Source of the DNA: Obrimoposthia wandeli
Lineage: Eukaryota
Assembly (NCBI GenBank): GCA_977020255.1
Contig: CDROCS010000088.1
Span: 124,001 to 188,000 of the forward strand
Direction of reading: 5' to 3'
Length of the DNA stretch: 64,000 nucleotides
Shown: positions 63,820 to 64,000 of the stretch, in pieces
Numbering within the stretch: the first letter of the stretch is position 1
How the letters are laid out: the number at the start of each line of letters is the position of its first letter
Position numbers and translations under genes: made by a program
Notes under the pieces: generated by a model
Databases searched by the model: none
Told to the model about the DNA's origin: nothing
Seen by the model: the letters and a program-made list of their open reading frames with translations, nothing else

Positions 63820-64000
63820 ACAATTTCTACAATATCCGGATAGAGATAGTGTCCATACGCAACTGATCAGTTTTTTTCCACCCATTTACGTTTATTGTCA
63901 GAACTACTTAAGGCAATTTTAGTCATCTTTACTGTATACAATTGATGATTAAATGAGCTTATGGGGCTCTGCTACACACGCTCACTTACTCCGCTTTCGT
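63820..64000 (-). pseudogene. C-terminus of a third Polinton-type pPolB copy (continues beyond the window)
   Basis: Minus strand SSDNKRKWVEKN*SVAYG, homologous in DNA to 3335-3470. Confidence 0.7.

Noticed and set aside
48231-64000. Search for the next LGIC exon (WNP.L-type motif)
   Set aside because: No convincing exon found by eye. It probably lies beyond the window.

Overview
AT-rich, repeat-dense eukaryotic (invertebrate) genomic window. A T-rich nad4 NUMT and the retroelement type point to a flatworm, possibly a triclad, but the host is an inference. The dominant feature is a decayed, very large Ty3/Gypsy LTR retroelement on the minus strand (5' LTR about 32742-30974, elongator tRNA-Met PBS 30965-30948). 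Its roughly 10 kb frameshifted polyprotein reads: Gag capsid, CCHC knuckle, SUMO/ubiquitin-like domain, unknown domain, signal peptide plus chuvirus-type (class III) fusion glycoprotein plus TM, aspartic protease 1, IAP-like BIR-BIR-UBA-RING, aspartic protease 2, RT, RNase H. It lacks integrase and a 3' LTR, and runs directly into a deleted Bel/Pao gag-pol with its own PPT and LTR. Three further copies of a related LTR share a conserved U5 hairpin. The left end has two oppositely oriented Polinton-type pPolB remnants around the nad4 NUMT. The right half holds two putative exons of a Cys-loop ligand-gated ion channel-like host gene with long introns full of Tc1/pogo, hAT, piggyBac-like and Penelope remnants. 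All domain calls come from manual motif recognition and hand translation, with no database searches. Many boundaries are approximate.
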